From Candidatus Latescibacterota bacterium (lineage in GTDB: Bacteria > Latescibacterota > UBA2968 > UBA8231): a DNA stretch of 64,000 nt. The position numbers were made by a program, and so were the translations under genes. The stretch is from assembly GCA_965217585.1 (NCBI GenBank), contig OZ244561.1, positions 4,160,001 to 4,224,000 of the forward strand, written 5' to 3'. Of this stretch, positions 18,955 to 28,781 are shown piece by piece. Under the pieces are notes generated by a model. The model ran no database searches. It saw only the letters and a list, made by a program, of their open reading frames with translations, and was not told the origin of the DNA. Within the stretch, counting starts at the first letter, position 1, and each line of letters starts with the position of its first letter.

Positions 18955-20348
18955 AGGTGCGCGCTCTGGCCGTAGTGACTTTCGGCCGCTTCCATGAGGG
19001 TTTCGGAGAGCGTGGGATGGGGATGGATCGAAAGCTGGACATCCGCTGCGAGAGCGGCCATTTCCACGGCTAGGACGCCTTCGGCGATAAGCTCACCTGC
19101 GCCGCTGCCGGCGATGCCCACGCCTAGGATCCGGTCGGTCTGGGGATCGATGAGCAGCTTGGTGAGACCGTCGCTTGCGCCTTGGGTCGCGGCGCGGCCA
19201 GAAGCCGACCAGGGGAAGCGCGCGACCGCGACGGAGCGGCCCTGTTTTTTGGCCTCTTCCTCGGTGAGGCCGCACCAGGCGATTTCCGGGTCGGTATAGA
19301 CGACGTTGGGGATGGCGTGGGGCGCGAAGACCTGTTTGTCGTGGCCGGCCACGACCTCGGCGGCTAGGCTCCCTTGGTGGGCGGCTGTGTGGGCGAGGGC
19401 TGCGCCTACGAGGTCGCCAATGGCGAAGATCGAAGACTCGGCCGTGCGCAGTTGGTCATCGACTTGGACGTAGCCGCGCTCGTCGAGGCCGACGGCGGTG
19501 AGGTCCAAACCCAAGTCTTCGCTGTTGGGAACCCGGCCAACGGAGAGCAGGATTTTGGCGTAGGTCTTGGAAAAGCTCTGGCCGTCGCTGTTCTGTAGGT
19601 GTACCGCTAAGCCATCGTCGCTCTCTGCGAGCGCGGTCACTTGGGTGTTGAGCATGATGTCGTCGAATCGCTCGGCGGCCTTGTTGTGCAGCGGTTTGAC
19701 CAAGTCGCGGTCGGCCGGAGGGATCAGCCCGGGGAGCATTTCGACGACCGAAACCTGGGTCCCCAGTGCCGCATACACCTGCCCTATCTCCATACCAATG
19801 ATGCCACCGCCGACGACGAGCATGGAGGCGGGTATGTCGCCGAGTGCGACGGCTGCGGTCGAATCCATGATGCGGTCGCTCGGCTGGTCGAAGAGCGCCG
19901 GCACGGCCGGGCGCGACCCGGTAGCGAGGATGGCGTGCTCAAACTGCAACGCGCCCTGGCTGCCGTCGGTTTTGTCGATTTGCAGGGTGTGGGGGTCGAG
20001 GAAGCGGGCGTGCCCCTGCACGTAGGTCAGCTTGTGCGCCTTGACGAGCTGACCCAAGCCCCGCGTCATCTTGGCAACGACCTCGTCCTTCCACGTCCGC
20101 AACTTGTCGAGGTCAATATCGGGCGCGGCGAATTGGATGCCCCAGTGTTCGGCTTCCCTCGCTTCGTAGAGGAGCTTGGAAATGTGCAAGAGGGCTTTGG
20201 AGGGGATGCAGCCTCGGTAGAGGCAGACGCCGCCTGGATGGGCTTCTGGATCGATCAATGCGACATCCAACCCCAAGTCCGCGGCCTTGAAGGCGGCGAC
20301 GTAGCCGCCCGGGCCGCCGCCGATGACCGCTAGCTGGGCCTTGTCCAT
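18933..20348 (-). CDS. lpdA: Dihydrolipoyl dehydrogenase (E3)
   Basis: GGGPGGY, GGVCLYRGCIPSK, HPHPTLSE. Confidence 0.97.
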   Translation of the reverse strand: MDKAQLAVIGGGPGGYVAAFKAADLGLDVALIDPEAHPGGVCLYRGCIPSKALLHISKLLYEAREAEHWGIQFAAPDIDLDKLRTWKDEVVAKMTRGLGQLVKAHKLTYVQGHARFLDPHTLQIDKTDGSQGALQFEHAILATGSRPAVPALFDQPSDRIMDSTAAVALGDIPASMLVVGGGIIGMEIGQVYAALGTQVSVVEMLPGLIPPADRDLVKPLHNKAAERFDDIMLNTQVTALAESDDGLAVHLQNSDGQSFSKTYAKILLSVGRVPNSEDLGLDLTAVGLDERGYVQVDDQLRTAESSIFAIGDLVGAALAHTAAHQGSLAAEVVAGHDKQVFAPHAIPNVVYTDPEIAWCGLTEEEAKKQGRSVAVARFPWSASGRAATQGASDGLTKLLIDPQTDRILGVGIAGSGAGELIAEGVLAVEMAALAADVQLSIHPHPTLSETLMEAAESHYGQSAHLYAPKRR

Positions 20349-20355
20349 AGCCGCC

Positions 20356-21660
20356 TCAGCCTTCCAAGAGCGCGATAAAGGGATCTTCCAATGCCGTGCA
20401 GATCCAGCGGAGGAAGCGCGCGCCGTCAGCTCCGTCGATCAGGCGGTGATCGTAGGACAGCGACAGGGGCAGGAGGGTGCGCGGCTGGAGTTGGCCGTCG
20501 ATATAAGTGGGTTCGACTTGCGAGCGCGCCACTCCGAGGATCGCCACTTCGGGCGGGTTGACGATGGGCGTAAAGGCGGTGCCGCCCATGGTGCCGACAT
20601 TGCTGATGGTCATGGACCCGCCCTGCATGTCGGCTGGTCCGATCTTGCGCTCGCGCGTCTTTTGCGCCAGCTCGCTCAGCTCGACCGCCAATTCGATGAT
20701 GTTCTTTTGGTCCACGTCGCGCACCACCGGTACGAGCAGGCCGTGGGGGGTATCCACGGCAATGCCGATGTGGAAGTAGCGTTTGTACACGACTTCCCGC
20801 TGGGCCATGTCGACGCTGGCGTTGAACTGCGGGAAGACTTTGAGGGCAATACCGAGCACCTTGATGAGAATCGCGGTCGGCGTCAGCTTGCCACCGGCTG
20901 CTTCGGCCTTTTTACCGTATGCTGCGCGCCACTTTTCCAAGCTGGTAATGTCGGCCTTGTCGAATTGGGTGACTTGCGGGATGGTGGCCCAAGCCTGCGC
21001 GAGGCGGTCGGCGGTTATCTCGCGCACCTTGGTCATAGGCTGACGCTCGACAGCACCCCACTGGCTGAAGTCGGGTAGTGGGGCGGCTGCGGCCGGGGCT
21101 GCGGCTCGCGCTGCGTGCAGCTTTTTTGAGTGAGCCTTGACGTCGTCGATTGAGATCCTGCCGCCCGCTCCCGTGCCTTGGACCTGTGCAATATCGACGC
21201 CGATTTCGCGGGCTAGGCGGCGCGTCGATGGCGCGGCTGGAACGGGATCGTCTGTAGATATAGGTGTAGGCGCGGGAGGGGTTTCTTCGTCGGGAGGGGC
21301 GACCCTACTAACTCGGGTGAGGTCCTCGTCGAAAGAGACTTCTTCGTCGGGAGGGGCGACCCTACTAACTCGGGTGGGGGCCGGTTCCTCTGCGGCCGAG
21401 GCTTCGCCCGCCTCGACTTCGAGGATGGGCTGCCCGACGGTGATGGTGTCGCCCTGTTGGACGAGAACCTCGGTGATGGTGCCGTCTATGGAGGAGGGCA
21501 CCTCAATAACAGCCTTGTCAGTTTCGAGCTCAATGACGGTCTGGTCTTCGGCGAGGCGATCGCCGACATCGACGAGGATGCGGATCACATCGCCGCTTTC
21601 GATGTTTTCTCCCAAGTCGGGCAGTGCAAATTGTACGGGCATAGCGTGGTCTAAGCTCAC
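20356..21660 (-). CDS. aceF: Pyruvate dehydrogenase E2, single lipoyl domain
   Basis: ETDKA lipoyl Lys, PSTRRLARE subunit-binding domain, DHRLIDG catalytic motif. Confidence 0.95.
   Translation of the reverse strand: MSLDHAMPVQFALPDLGENIESGDVIRILVDVGDRLAEDQTVIELETDKAVIEVPSSIDGTITEVLVQQGDTITVGQPILEVEAGEASAAEEPAPTRVSRVAPPDEEVSFDEDLTRVSRVAPPDEETPPAPTPISTDDPVPAAPSTRRLAREIGVDIAQVQGTGAGGRISIDDVKAHSKKLHAARAAAPAAAAPLPDFSQWGAVERQPMTKVREITADRLAQAWATIPQVTQFDKADITSLEKWRAAYGKKAEAAGGKLTPTAILIKVLGIALKVFPQFNASVDMAQREVVYKRYFHIGIAVDTPHGLLVPVVRDVDQKNIIELAVELSELAQKTRERKIGPADMQGGSMTISNVGTMGGTAFTPIVNPPEVAILGVARSQVEPTYIDGQLQPRTLLPLSLSYDHRLIDGADGARFLRWICTALEDPFIALLEG
21283..21376. repeat. 37-bp direct repeat in the E2 linker (period 57 bp)
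   Basis: TTCTTCGTCGGGAGGGGCGACCCTACTAACTCGGGTG at 21283-21319 and 21340-21376; encodes TRVSRVAPPDEE twice. Confidence 0.9.
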
Positions 21661-24314
21661 AGGTAAACGGGATTGGGTTTTGCCGGATCGATATCTAGGT
21701 CTTTCATGGCTTGAACGACGGCGTCGTTTTCGATCTGTCCCTCGCGTGCCAGCGCGCTCAAGGCGCCTAGTGCGATGAAGCGGTAATCGACCTCAAAGTG
21801 GTCGCGCAGGGCCTCGCGGGTCTCGCTGCGGCCGAAGCCATCGGTGCCGAGGGAGACGGGCGGGTTGGGAAACCAGCGGGCGATGGATTCCGGGAGGGCC
21901 TTGACGTAATCCGAGGCCATGACGTACACGCCGCGCTCCTTGGCTAGGCATTGTTCGATGTAGCTGAGGCGGGGCTTTTTGTCGGGGTGTAGGCGGTTCC
22001 AACGCTCGGCATCGAGGGCGTCGCGGTGCAGGGCCTTGTAGCTGGTGATGCTCCAGACATCCGCGCTGACTTGGTATTTTTCTTCGAGAATGCTCTGCGC
22101 TTTGAGGGCGCTGTTGATGATCGCGCCGCTGCCGAAGAGGTGGGCCTTGAGTGGGGCGCGCTTCTTGGCCGCGGGCTTGAACTTGTACATGCCCTTGAGG
22201 ATGCCTTCTTCGACTCCGGCGGGCATCTCCGGCATGGCATAGATGTCGTTTTCGACCGTCAGGTAGTAGAACACGTCCTCCTGCTCGACGTACATGCGGC
22301 GGATGCCCTCGCGGATGATGACGGCGATTTCGTAGCCAAAGGCTGGATCGTAGGCTTCGAGATTGGGCACTGGATAGGCCAACAGGTGGCTGTGCCCGTC
22401 CTCGTGTTGCAGCCCCTCGCCGTTGAGCGTGGTGCGCCCAGCCGTGCCGCCGACCATGAAGCCCTTGACCCGCATGTCGCCGGCTAGCCAGACCAAATCG
22501 CCGATCCGCTGCATCCCGAACATCGAGTAGTAGACAAAGAAGGGAATGGTGTTGATGCCGTGCGTGGCATAGGCTGAGCCGGCTGCGATAAAGGAGGACA
22601 TAGAACCGGCCTCGGTGATGCCCTCTTCGAGTATCTGGCCGTCTTTGGCCTCTTTGTAGTAGGTGATGACGTCTTTGTCAACCGGCTCGTATAGCTGGCC
22701 TAGGCTCGAATAGATCCCGAACTGGCGGAAGAGCGGCTCCATGCCGAAGGTGCGCGATTCGTCGGGGACGATAGGGACGACTAATTTGCCGATTTGCTTG
22801 TCTTGCATGAGTTTGCGCATGACCGCGACAAAGGCCATCGTCGTGGCAAACTCGCGCTTGCCCGAGCTCTTTTTGAATTCTTCCCACAGCGTTTCCGGCG
22901 GCATGACCAGCGGAGGAGCCATCACCTGCCGCTGGGGCACGTAGCCGCCGAGGCTTTCTCGCCGCTGGCGGATGTACTGGATTTCTGGGCTGTCGTCCGG
23001 GGGCCGGTAGAAAGGCGTCTCCGCGACTTCGTCGTCCGAGATGGGGATGCCGAAGCGGGTGCGGAAAAGACGAATCTCGTCCTCGTTGAGCTTTTTTTGC
23101 TGATGGGTGATGTTTTTGCCCTCGCCGGCCTCGCCCATGCCGTAGCCCTTGATGGTCTTGGCGAGGATGACGGTGGGCGTGTTCGTGTGGGCGATGGCTT
23201 GCTGGTAGGCGGCATAGACCTTTTCTGGATCGTGGCCGCCGCGCCGCATTTTCTGGAGTTGTTCGTCCGAGTAGTGCTCGACCATCGCGGCTAGTTTGGG
23301 GTCGGTGCCGAAGAAGTCGTGGCGAATGTAGCTGCCGTCGGAGACCGAGTACTTCTGGTACTGGCCATCGACAACCTCGTGCATGCGCTGGGCCAAGCTG
23401 CCGTCGGTGTCCTGTTCCAAGAGCGGATCCCAGTCGTCTCCCCAGATTACCTTGACGACGTTCCAGCCGGCACCGCGGAAGACCGCTTCGAGCTCTTGTA
23501 TTATCTTTCCATTGCCGCGCACGGGGCCGTCGAGGCGCTGTAGGTTGCAATTGACGACCCAGATGAGGTTGTTGAGCTGTTCGCGTGCAGCGAGGGTGAG
23601 CGCGCCCAAGCTCTCGGGCTCGTCGCACTCGCCGTCGCCCAAAAAGGCCCACACCTTGCTGTCGTCAGCGGGCTTGAGGCCGCGGTTTTCGAGGTAGCGG
23701 TTGAAGCGAGCCTGATAGATCGAAAGGATTGGTCCCAAGCCCATAGACACGGTTGGGAACTGCCAAAAGTCCGGCATCAGCCAGGGGTGCGGATAGGAGG
23801 CGAGGCCACCGCCTTCTTGTAACTCGCGGCGGAAGTTTTTCAACTGGTGTTCGCTGAGACGCCCTTCGAGAAAGGCGCGGGCGTATATGCCGGGGGAGGC
23901 GTGTCCTTGGAAGTATATCTGGTCGCCGGGATGGCCGTTGCTGGGGGCGCGGAAAAAGTGGTTGTAGCCGACCTCATAGAGGGTCGCCGAGGATGCATAG
24001 GTGGAAATGTGGCCGCCGAGGTTGGAGTCGTGATTGGCGCGCACGACCATGGCCATGGCATTCCAGCGCACGATGCTTTTGATCCGCCGCTCGATCTCGC
24101 GGCTGCCCGGATAGGGGGGCTGCTGGTCGCGGGAGATGGTGTTGATGTAAGGCGTATTGACGCTGAAGGGGGTGCCGACGCCGGCTTCGGCGGCGTGGGT
24201 TTGGAGCTGTTGCAGGAGCTTGAGGACCTGCGCGGGCGTCCTATGGGCCAGCACGTAATCGAGGGATTCGAGCCACTCGCTCATTTCGGCTTGTAGTTCT
24301 TGGGCGTTGCTCAT
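21657..24314 (-). CDS. aceE: Pyruvate dehydrogenase E1, homodimeric type
   Basis: GGHISTY, YPHPWLMPDFWQFPTVSMGLGP, GDGECDEPE, GEGLQHEDGHS. Confidence 0.97.
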   Translation of the reverse strand: MSNAQELQAEMSEWLESLDYVLAHRTPAQVLKLLQQLQTHAAEAGVGTPFSVNTPYINTISRDQQPPYPGSREIERRIKSIVRWNAMAMVVRANHDSNLGGHISTYASSATLYEVGYNHFFRAPSNGHPGDQIYFQGHASPGIYARAFLEGRLSEHQLKNFRRELQEGGGLASYPHPWLMPDFWQFPTVSMGLGPILSIYQARFNRYLENRGLKPADDSKVWAFLGDGECDEPESLGALTLAAREQLNNLIWVVNCNLQRLDGPVRGNGKIIQELEAVFRGAGWNVVKVIWGDDWDPLLEQDTDGSLAQRMHEVVDGQYQKYSVSDGSYIRHDFFGTDPKLAAMVEHYSDEQLQKMRRGGHDPEKVYAAYQQAIAHTNTPTVILAKTIKGYGMGEAGEGKNITHQQKKLNEDEIRLFRTRFGIPISDDEVAETPFYRPPDDSPEIQYIRQRRESLGGYVPQRQVMAPPLVMPPETLWEEFKKSSGKREFATTMAFVAVMRKLMQDKQIGKLVVPIVPDESRTFGMEPLFRQFGIYSSLGQLYEPVDKDVITYYKEAKDGQILEEGITEAGSMSSFIAAGSAYATHGINTIPFFVYYSMFGMQRIGDLVWLAGDMRVKGFMVGGTAGRTTLNGEGLQHEDGHSHLLAYPVPNLEAYDPAFGYEIAVIIREGIRRMYVEQEDVFYYLTVENDIYAMPEMPAGVEEGILKGMYKFKPAAKKRAPLKAHLFGSGAIINSALKAQSILEEKYQVSADVWSITSYKALHRDALDAERWNRLHPDKKPRLSYIEQCLAKERGVYVMASDYVKALPESIARWFPNPPVSLGTDGFGRSETREALRDHFEVDYRFIALGALSALAREGQIENDAVVQAMKDLDIDPAKPNPVYL

Positions 24315-24461
24315 GGCTGAAACAATTCCTTTGCGTAGGCCGTCTTATAGGTCGAAAAAAGATAATAATCACGTGTTTTCTTGGCAAAAAACCGTTTTGT
24401 TACAATCATTTATAGGTATTGCCACTCGCGCTGACAGGCGGCGCAGAAAGAGAGGCTCCCG

Positions 24462-26234
24462 GTGCATAGACACAGAACCGCCTATGTCTGCTTGCTGGCG
24501 TCGCTGCTCCTGCATCTGGCCACGCTTTACCTAGGGGATTTCCTGTGGCGCGACGAGTTGGACGCGGAAACCTTTCGCGTGCGTCTCGCCCGCATCCCGC
24601 CGCAGTTCAAGCCCCGCCGCCTGACTCCCCTGCCCCGCTTAGACCTAGAGGCGTTGAGCGTGGAGATGGAGTATCTGCGGGCCGACCAGCCAGCCGTGGA
24701 TGTCCGCGACCCCAATCTAGAAAGCGAGGCGACTCCGCCCGAGATAGAGGCCCCGACGGCCCCCTTGGCGTTGCGCGAGATGGCCGTCGGTGCAAAGGAA
24801 GATGAGCCGATTTTGGAGCGCGAAAAGATGATCTCCCCCTCGTCTTTGGGCTTGGCCGATAGCATGGGCATCGCCTCCATGGATCTCTTGCGGCTGGAGG
24901 ACATGGCCCGGGCCAACAAGGACCACGCCGCCGTCATCGGCAGTCGGGCGACTCGCCGCGACTTGTCTGGCTACGTGAACTTTACCCGGTTGCGCGTCTA
25001 TGGGGCCAGCTCGGGGCGCGGCGCGCTCGATGCCTTGAGCCGCTACTTGCGCGACCACACCCACCTGCTGGCGCAAGTGCGGGACAAGACCTACGAGTAT
25101 TTCCTGTCGGAGCAACTGCTCAAGGACCCCGTCCACTTCCTCTTCGAAGACTCCTTGTCTGCGTACGACGAGAATGTCCTGACCAAGTTCAGCCCGGAGG
25201 AGAAGGCGCTTTTGGGCCGCTATCTGCGCGAGGGCGGCTTCCTGTTTATCGAGGGCACCGGCCGCCGTACCAACCGCTATTTGCGCGAAATGAAGGACCA
25301 ACTGCGCGAGATCTTGGGGTCTGAGGCGCGCTTGGCACCCATCCCGACATCGCATCCGCTATATCACTCCTTTTACGAGTTCGGCGGTGGCTTTCCCGGA
25401 GAGGATAAATCGCGCATTGAGGACGCAGGAGGCAATCCCTCTTGGTATTATCCAGTCAACAATCGCTATGAGGTTTTGGCCGTGCAGGAAGCACAAGCAG
25501 CCACCGTCTCCGGGGCCGCCAGCGCTGTGGGTGAGGGGTTGCCACCGCCAGAGGGGCTGTGGGGAGTCGAGCTGGACGGCGAGCTGGTAGCCGTGATCAG
25601 CGACTTGATGTTGGGGGAGAATTGGCGGGCTAGCTTCAATACTGAAGAAGAAACCACGGGGAATTCGACCTACGCGCTGATGGCGGGGACCAACATCTTG
25701 GTCTATGCGCTGACGCGCAAAAGCGGCATCACGCCCCAATTGCCGCCGCCGACTTGGATGCCGGGTCAAAGGCCCGTAGCCGCGGTACAAGAGTCGCCGC
25801 TAGCTGTCGAGGTCGCCGCCGCCGACGAGTTGCTGTTCGACGATCTAGACGCTTGGCTGGCCTTAGTGGTGGCCCCGATCGGCAGCGAGATCACAGAGGA
25901 TCTCAAGGTGCGCTTGGACGGTCGCTACTCGCTCGAATTGCTCAAGCGCGGCTATCAGGGATTGCTTTTCCACAATCTGTCCGCCGGCGCGCACTGGATC
26001 GAATTGAGCTATGGAGGGCAGACCCAACAGGTGGAGGTCGATCTGAGGGGGGGCGAGGTCACCACGCTGACGTTTGCGCTCAATCGCTTTGCCTTTTTGG
26101 TGCGGCTGCGGATGCAGGAGCAGGAGGAACGGGCGGATTGGCAGCGCTGGTCTGCGGCCTTTGCCGACTTGGAGGTCGAGGAGATTTACTTGGCCGCAGA
26201 CCGCGATTGGTTGGAAGGCGGAGACGCTCCCTGA
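24462..26234 (+). CDS. DUF4159-like domain protein with N-terminal membrane anchor
   Basis: SLLLH TM anchor, Pro-rich linker, YLREGGFL...HPLYHSFY...GTNILVYAL pattern. Confidence 0.7.
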   Translation: MHRHRTAYVCLLASLLLHLATLYLGDFLWRDELDAETFRVRLARIPPQFKPRRLTPLPRLDLEALSVEMEYLRADQPAVDVRDPNLESEATPPEIEAPTAPLALREMAVGAKEDEPILEREKMISPSSLGLADSMGIASMDLLRLEDMARANKDHAAVIGSRATRRDLSGYVNFTRLRVYGASSGRGALDALSRYLRDHTHLLAQVRDKTYEYFLSEQLLKDPVHFLFEDSLSAYDENVLTKFSPEEKALLGRYLREGGFLFIEGTGRRTNRYLREMKDQLREILGSEARLAPIPTSHPLYHSFYEFGGGFPGEDKSRIEDAGGNPSWYYPVNNRYEVLAVQEAQAATVSGAASAVGEGLPPPEGLWGVELDGELVAVISDLMLGENWRASFNTEEETTGNSTYALMAGTNILVYALTRKSGITPQLPPPTWMPGQRPVAAVQESPLAVEVAAADELLFDDLDAWLALVVAPIGSEITEDLKVRLDGRYSLELLKRGYQGLLFHNLSAGAHWIELSYGGQTQQVEVDLRGGEVTTLTFALNRFAFLVRLRMQEQEERADWQRWSAAFADLEVEEIYLAADRDWLEGGDAP

Positions 26235-26241
26235 AGCAGCC

Positions 26242-27750
26242 CTACTTGTAGCGCTTCATCTCGCCGCTTTTCAGCCGGCCCCAGTACTCTTGCAGGCACG
26301 CCTTGATCTGCGGGCTGAGAATGACGCCGCCGATAATGTTGGGAAAGGCCATGCTCAAAATGAGCATATCGGTAAAGTTGAGTACGTTCCTAAGCGTGAT
26401 AATTGAGCCTAGGAAGACGAAACCGACGAAGATGATCCGGTAGATGAGGACGACGCGGCTGCCGCTGCCAAAGAGGTACTCCCACGCCCGCTCCCCATAG
26501 TATGACCACGAAATCATGGTCGAGTACGCAAAGAGCATGACGCCAATGGCGAGGACGTAGCGGGCACCAGGCAGGAATGAATCAAAGGCCGCGGCGGTCA
26601 TTTTAGCCCCCACTATGCTATCGCTTGATTGGAACTGGGGTTCGGTGTACACCCCGGTGATCATGCAGACCAAAGCGGTCATCAAGCATATCACGATCGT
26701 GTCTATGAACGGGCCGATCATGGCGACCATACCCTCGCGGGCCGGCTCGTTGGTGCGGGCCGCAGCGTGGGCAAAGGCCGCAGAGCCGAGGCCGGCTTCG
26801 TTGGAGAAGGCGGCGCGTCTGACGCCCATGACTAGGACGCCCAAAAAGCCTCCGTACATGGCTTGCGGCGAGAATGCCTCGCGAAAAATAGTCGCGATCA
26901 TGGCGGGCACTTGGGTGATGTTCGACAGGATGATAAGCAGCGAGAAGGCCACATAGAGCAGGCACATGAAGGGCACGATCCGCGAGGTGACGCTGCCGAT
27001 CCGTTTGATGCCGCCGATGATGACCAAGGAGACCAGCAAGGCGAAGAGGATACCGAAGGCCCAGTTGTAGTCCCCCACAGCCGGGGATACGGTGGTGAGG
27101 ATCTCGATCGTCTGGTTGACTTGGAACATGTTGCCGCCGCCGAGGGCACCGCCGATGGCGAAAATGGCGAACAAAATGGCGAAGACGCGGCCCAATGACT
27201 TGAGTCCTTTATTGGCAAGTCCGTGTTCTAGATAGTACATCGGTCCGCCAGAGATGCGGCCGTCGGGGTGAATTTTGCGGTACATGATGGCCAAGGTGCA
27301 GGAGGCCAGCTTGGAGGACATGCCGAACAAGGCGGTCAGGAGCATCCAGAAGACCGCACCCGGCCCGCCCAAGCTGACGGCAATGGCGACGCCGGCGATG
27401 TTACCAAGGCCGATGGTAGCCGACAGGGCGCTGGTGAGGGCTTGGAAATGGGAGATCTCGCCTGGGTCGTTGGGATCGTCGTAGCGACCGCGGATGACGT
27501 CGATGGAGTGGCGGAAGCCGCGTAGGGAAAGCCAGCCGAAGTAGAAGGAATAGTAGATGCCGCCTAGGACGAGCACCCAGATGATGAGGGGAATTTTCGT
27601 GCCTAGGTCAGCGAAGAGGACGGCACCCATCAGGGACACGATATCGGCGAAGAGACCGTCTATTGTTTGGATCCAGTTTTGTTCGGCATCTTGGGCTAGG
27701 GTGGGGGCAGTCGTCCACAAAATCAGGGCGGCGGCGTAGAGTAAGCGCAT
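26242..27750 (-). CDS. Alanine/glycine:cation (Na+) symporter, AGCS family
   Basis: ISHFQAL..ALSATIGLGNIAGVA, GGPMYY, FSNEAGLGS, PFIDT. Confidence 0.95.
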   Translation of the reverse strand: MRLLYAAALILWTTAPTLAQDAEQNWIQTIDGLFADIVSLMGAVLFADLGTKIPLIIWVLVLGGIYYSFYFGWLSLRGFRHSIDVIRGRYDDPNDPGEISHFQALTSALSATIGLGNIAGVAIAVSLGGPGAVFWMLLTALFGMSSKLASCTLAIMYRKIHPDGRISGGPMYYLEHGLANKGLKSLGRVFAILFAIFAIGGALGGGNMFQVNQTIEILTTVSPAVGDYNWAFGILFALLVSLVIIGGIKRIGSVTSRIVPFMCLLYVAFSLLIILSNITQVPAMIATIFREAFSPQAMYGGFLGVLVMGVRRAAFSNEAGLGSAAFAHAAARTNEPAREGMVAMIGPFIDTIVICLMTALVCMITGVYTEPQFQSSDSIVGAKMTAAAFDSFLPGARYVLAIGVMLFAYSTMISWSYYGERAWEYLFGSGSRVVLIYRIIFVGFVFLGSIITLRNVLNFTDMLILSMAFPNIIGGVILSPQIKACLQEYWGRLKSGEMKRYK

Positions 27751-27772
27751 GGTAAATTTTCCTCTCGAAGGA

Positions 27773-28669
27773 TTATCGATTCTTACCGTTATCGTTGAGC
27801 AGTTGGTCTAGTTGAGCGCGTTTTTCGGGGGCCATGTGCGCTGCGTTTTCGGCCGTGGGGAAGTGGCCTTCGGCGACTTCTCGGCAGTACGTTTTGAACA
27901 TTTCGAGCCAATCTTGGCGCGTTTGGCCGTAGGCTTTGGTCAGGATTAGGTCTTCTTCGTTGAGGCCGACGAGGTCGTGGACGATCAGCACTTGGCCGTC
28001 GCAATAGCGGCCAGCGCCGATGCCGATGACTGGAATTTTGAGCCGCTCGGCGACGGCTTGGGCGGCCTCTTCAGTGACCATCTCCAAGACCAAGGAGAAC
28101 ACGCCAGCGTCCTCCAAGCGCAGGGCTTGCTCGACGAGGGCTTTGGCCCCCTTCGGCCCCTTGCCGTGAAATTTGGGCACGGTGCCGCGCCGGTCGCTGA
28201 ATAGGTAGAATTCGCGGGCTTGGGACTGCGGGGTAAACCCGAGATGGCCGACGACTGGAATGCCGGCGTCAACGATGGCTTTTAGCTGCGGCAAGACCGG
28301 CAGGCCGCCCTCTAATTTGACGCCTTCGGCCCCGCCCTCCTGAACCAAGCGTCCGGCGTTTTTGACCGCAGTCTCGACCGACGGCTGAAAGGACATGAAG
28401 GGTAGATCGGCGAGGAGAAAGGCCCGGCGCACTGCCCGGCGCACTGCCCGCAGGTGGTGGAGGATGTCTTCCATGGTCACCTGCTGCGGGCCGCGATAGC
28501 CCAAGACGTTGGTGCCCACGGAGTCGCCGACCAAGATCACGTCGAGGCCGGCTTCGTCTTGCAGCGCGGCCGTGGGGTAGTCGTAGGCCGTCAACATGCA
28601 GATCTTCTGGCCCCGCTCCTTTTTGGACTGGAGCGAAGAAACGGTGATTTTATTGGTCGTCGTCGCCAT
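27773..28669 (-). CDS. panB: 3-methyl-2-oxobutanoate hydroxymethyltransferase
   Basis: LTAYDY, LVGDS, VKLEGG, GHLGFTPQ, GIGAG..CDGQVL. Confidence 0.97.
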   Translation of the reverse strand: MATTTNKITVSSLQSKKERGQKICMLTAYDYPTAALQDEAGLDVILVGDSVGTNVLGYRGPQQVTMEDILHHLRAVRRAVRRAFLLADLPFMSFQPSVETAVKNAGRLVQEGGAEGVKLEGGLPVLPQLKAIVDAGIPVVGHLGFTPQSQAREFYLFSDRRGTVPKFHGKGPKGAKALVEQALRLEDAGVFSLVLEMVTEEAAQAVAERLKIPVIGIGAGRYCDGQVLIVHDLVGLNEEDLILTKAYGQTRQDWLEMFKTYCREVAEGHFPTAENAAHMAPEKRAQLDQLLNDNGKNR

Positions 28670-28781
28670 GGCAGCGGAGGAGCAAGTTTACAGGCGATAG
28701 TATAGAGCGGCGCACCTTGCGCGGCAAGCCTGTCGGCGGCTTACCTTGCCTAGGCGAATCATTTGGCACAGCTTCACTTTT

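Noticed and set aside
28670-28781. BirA operator between panB and bioF
   Set aside because: Only a half-site (GTTTACA); no matching inverted half at the expected spacing.
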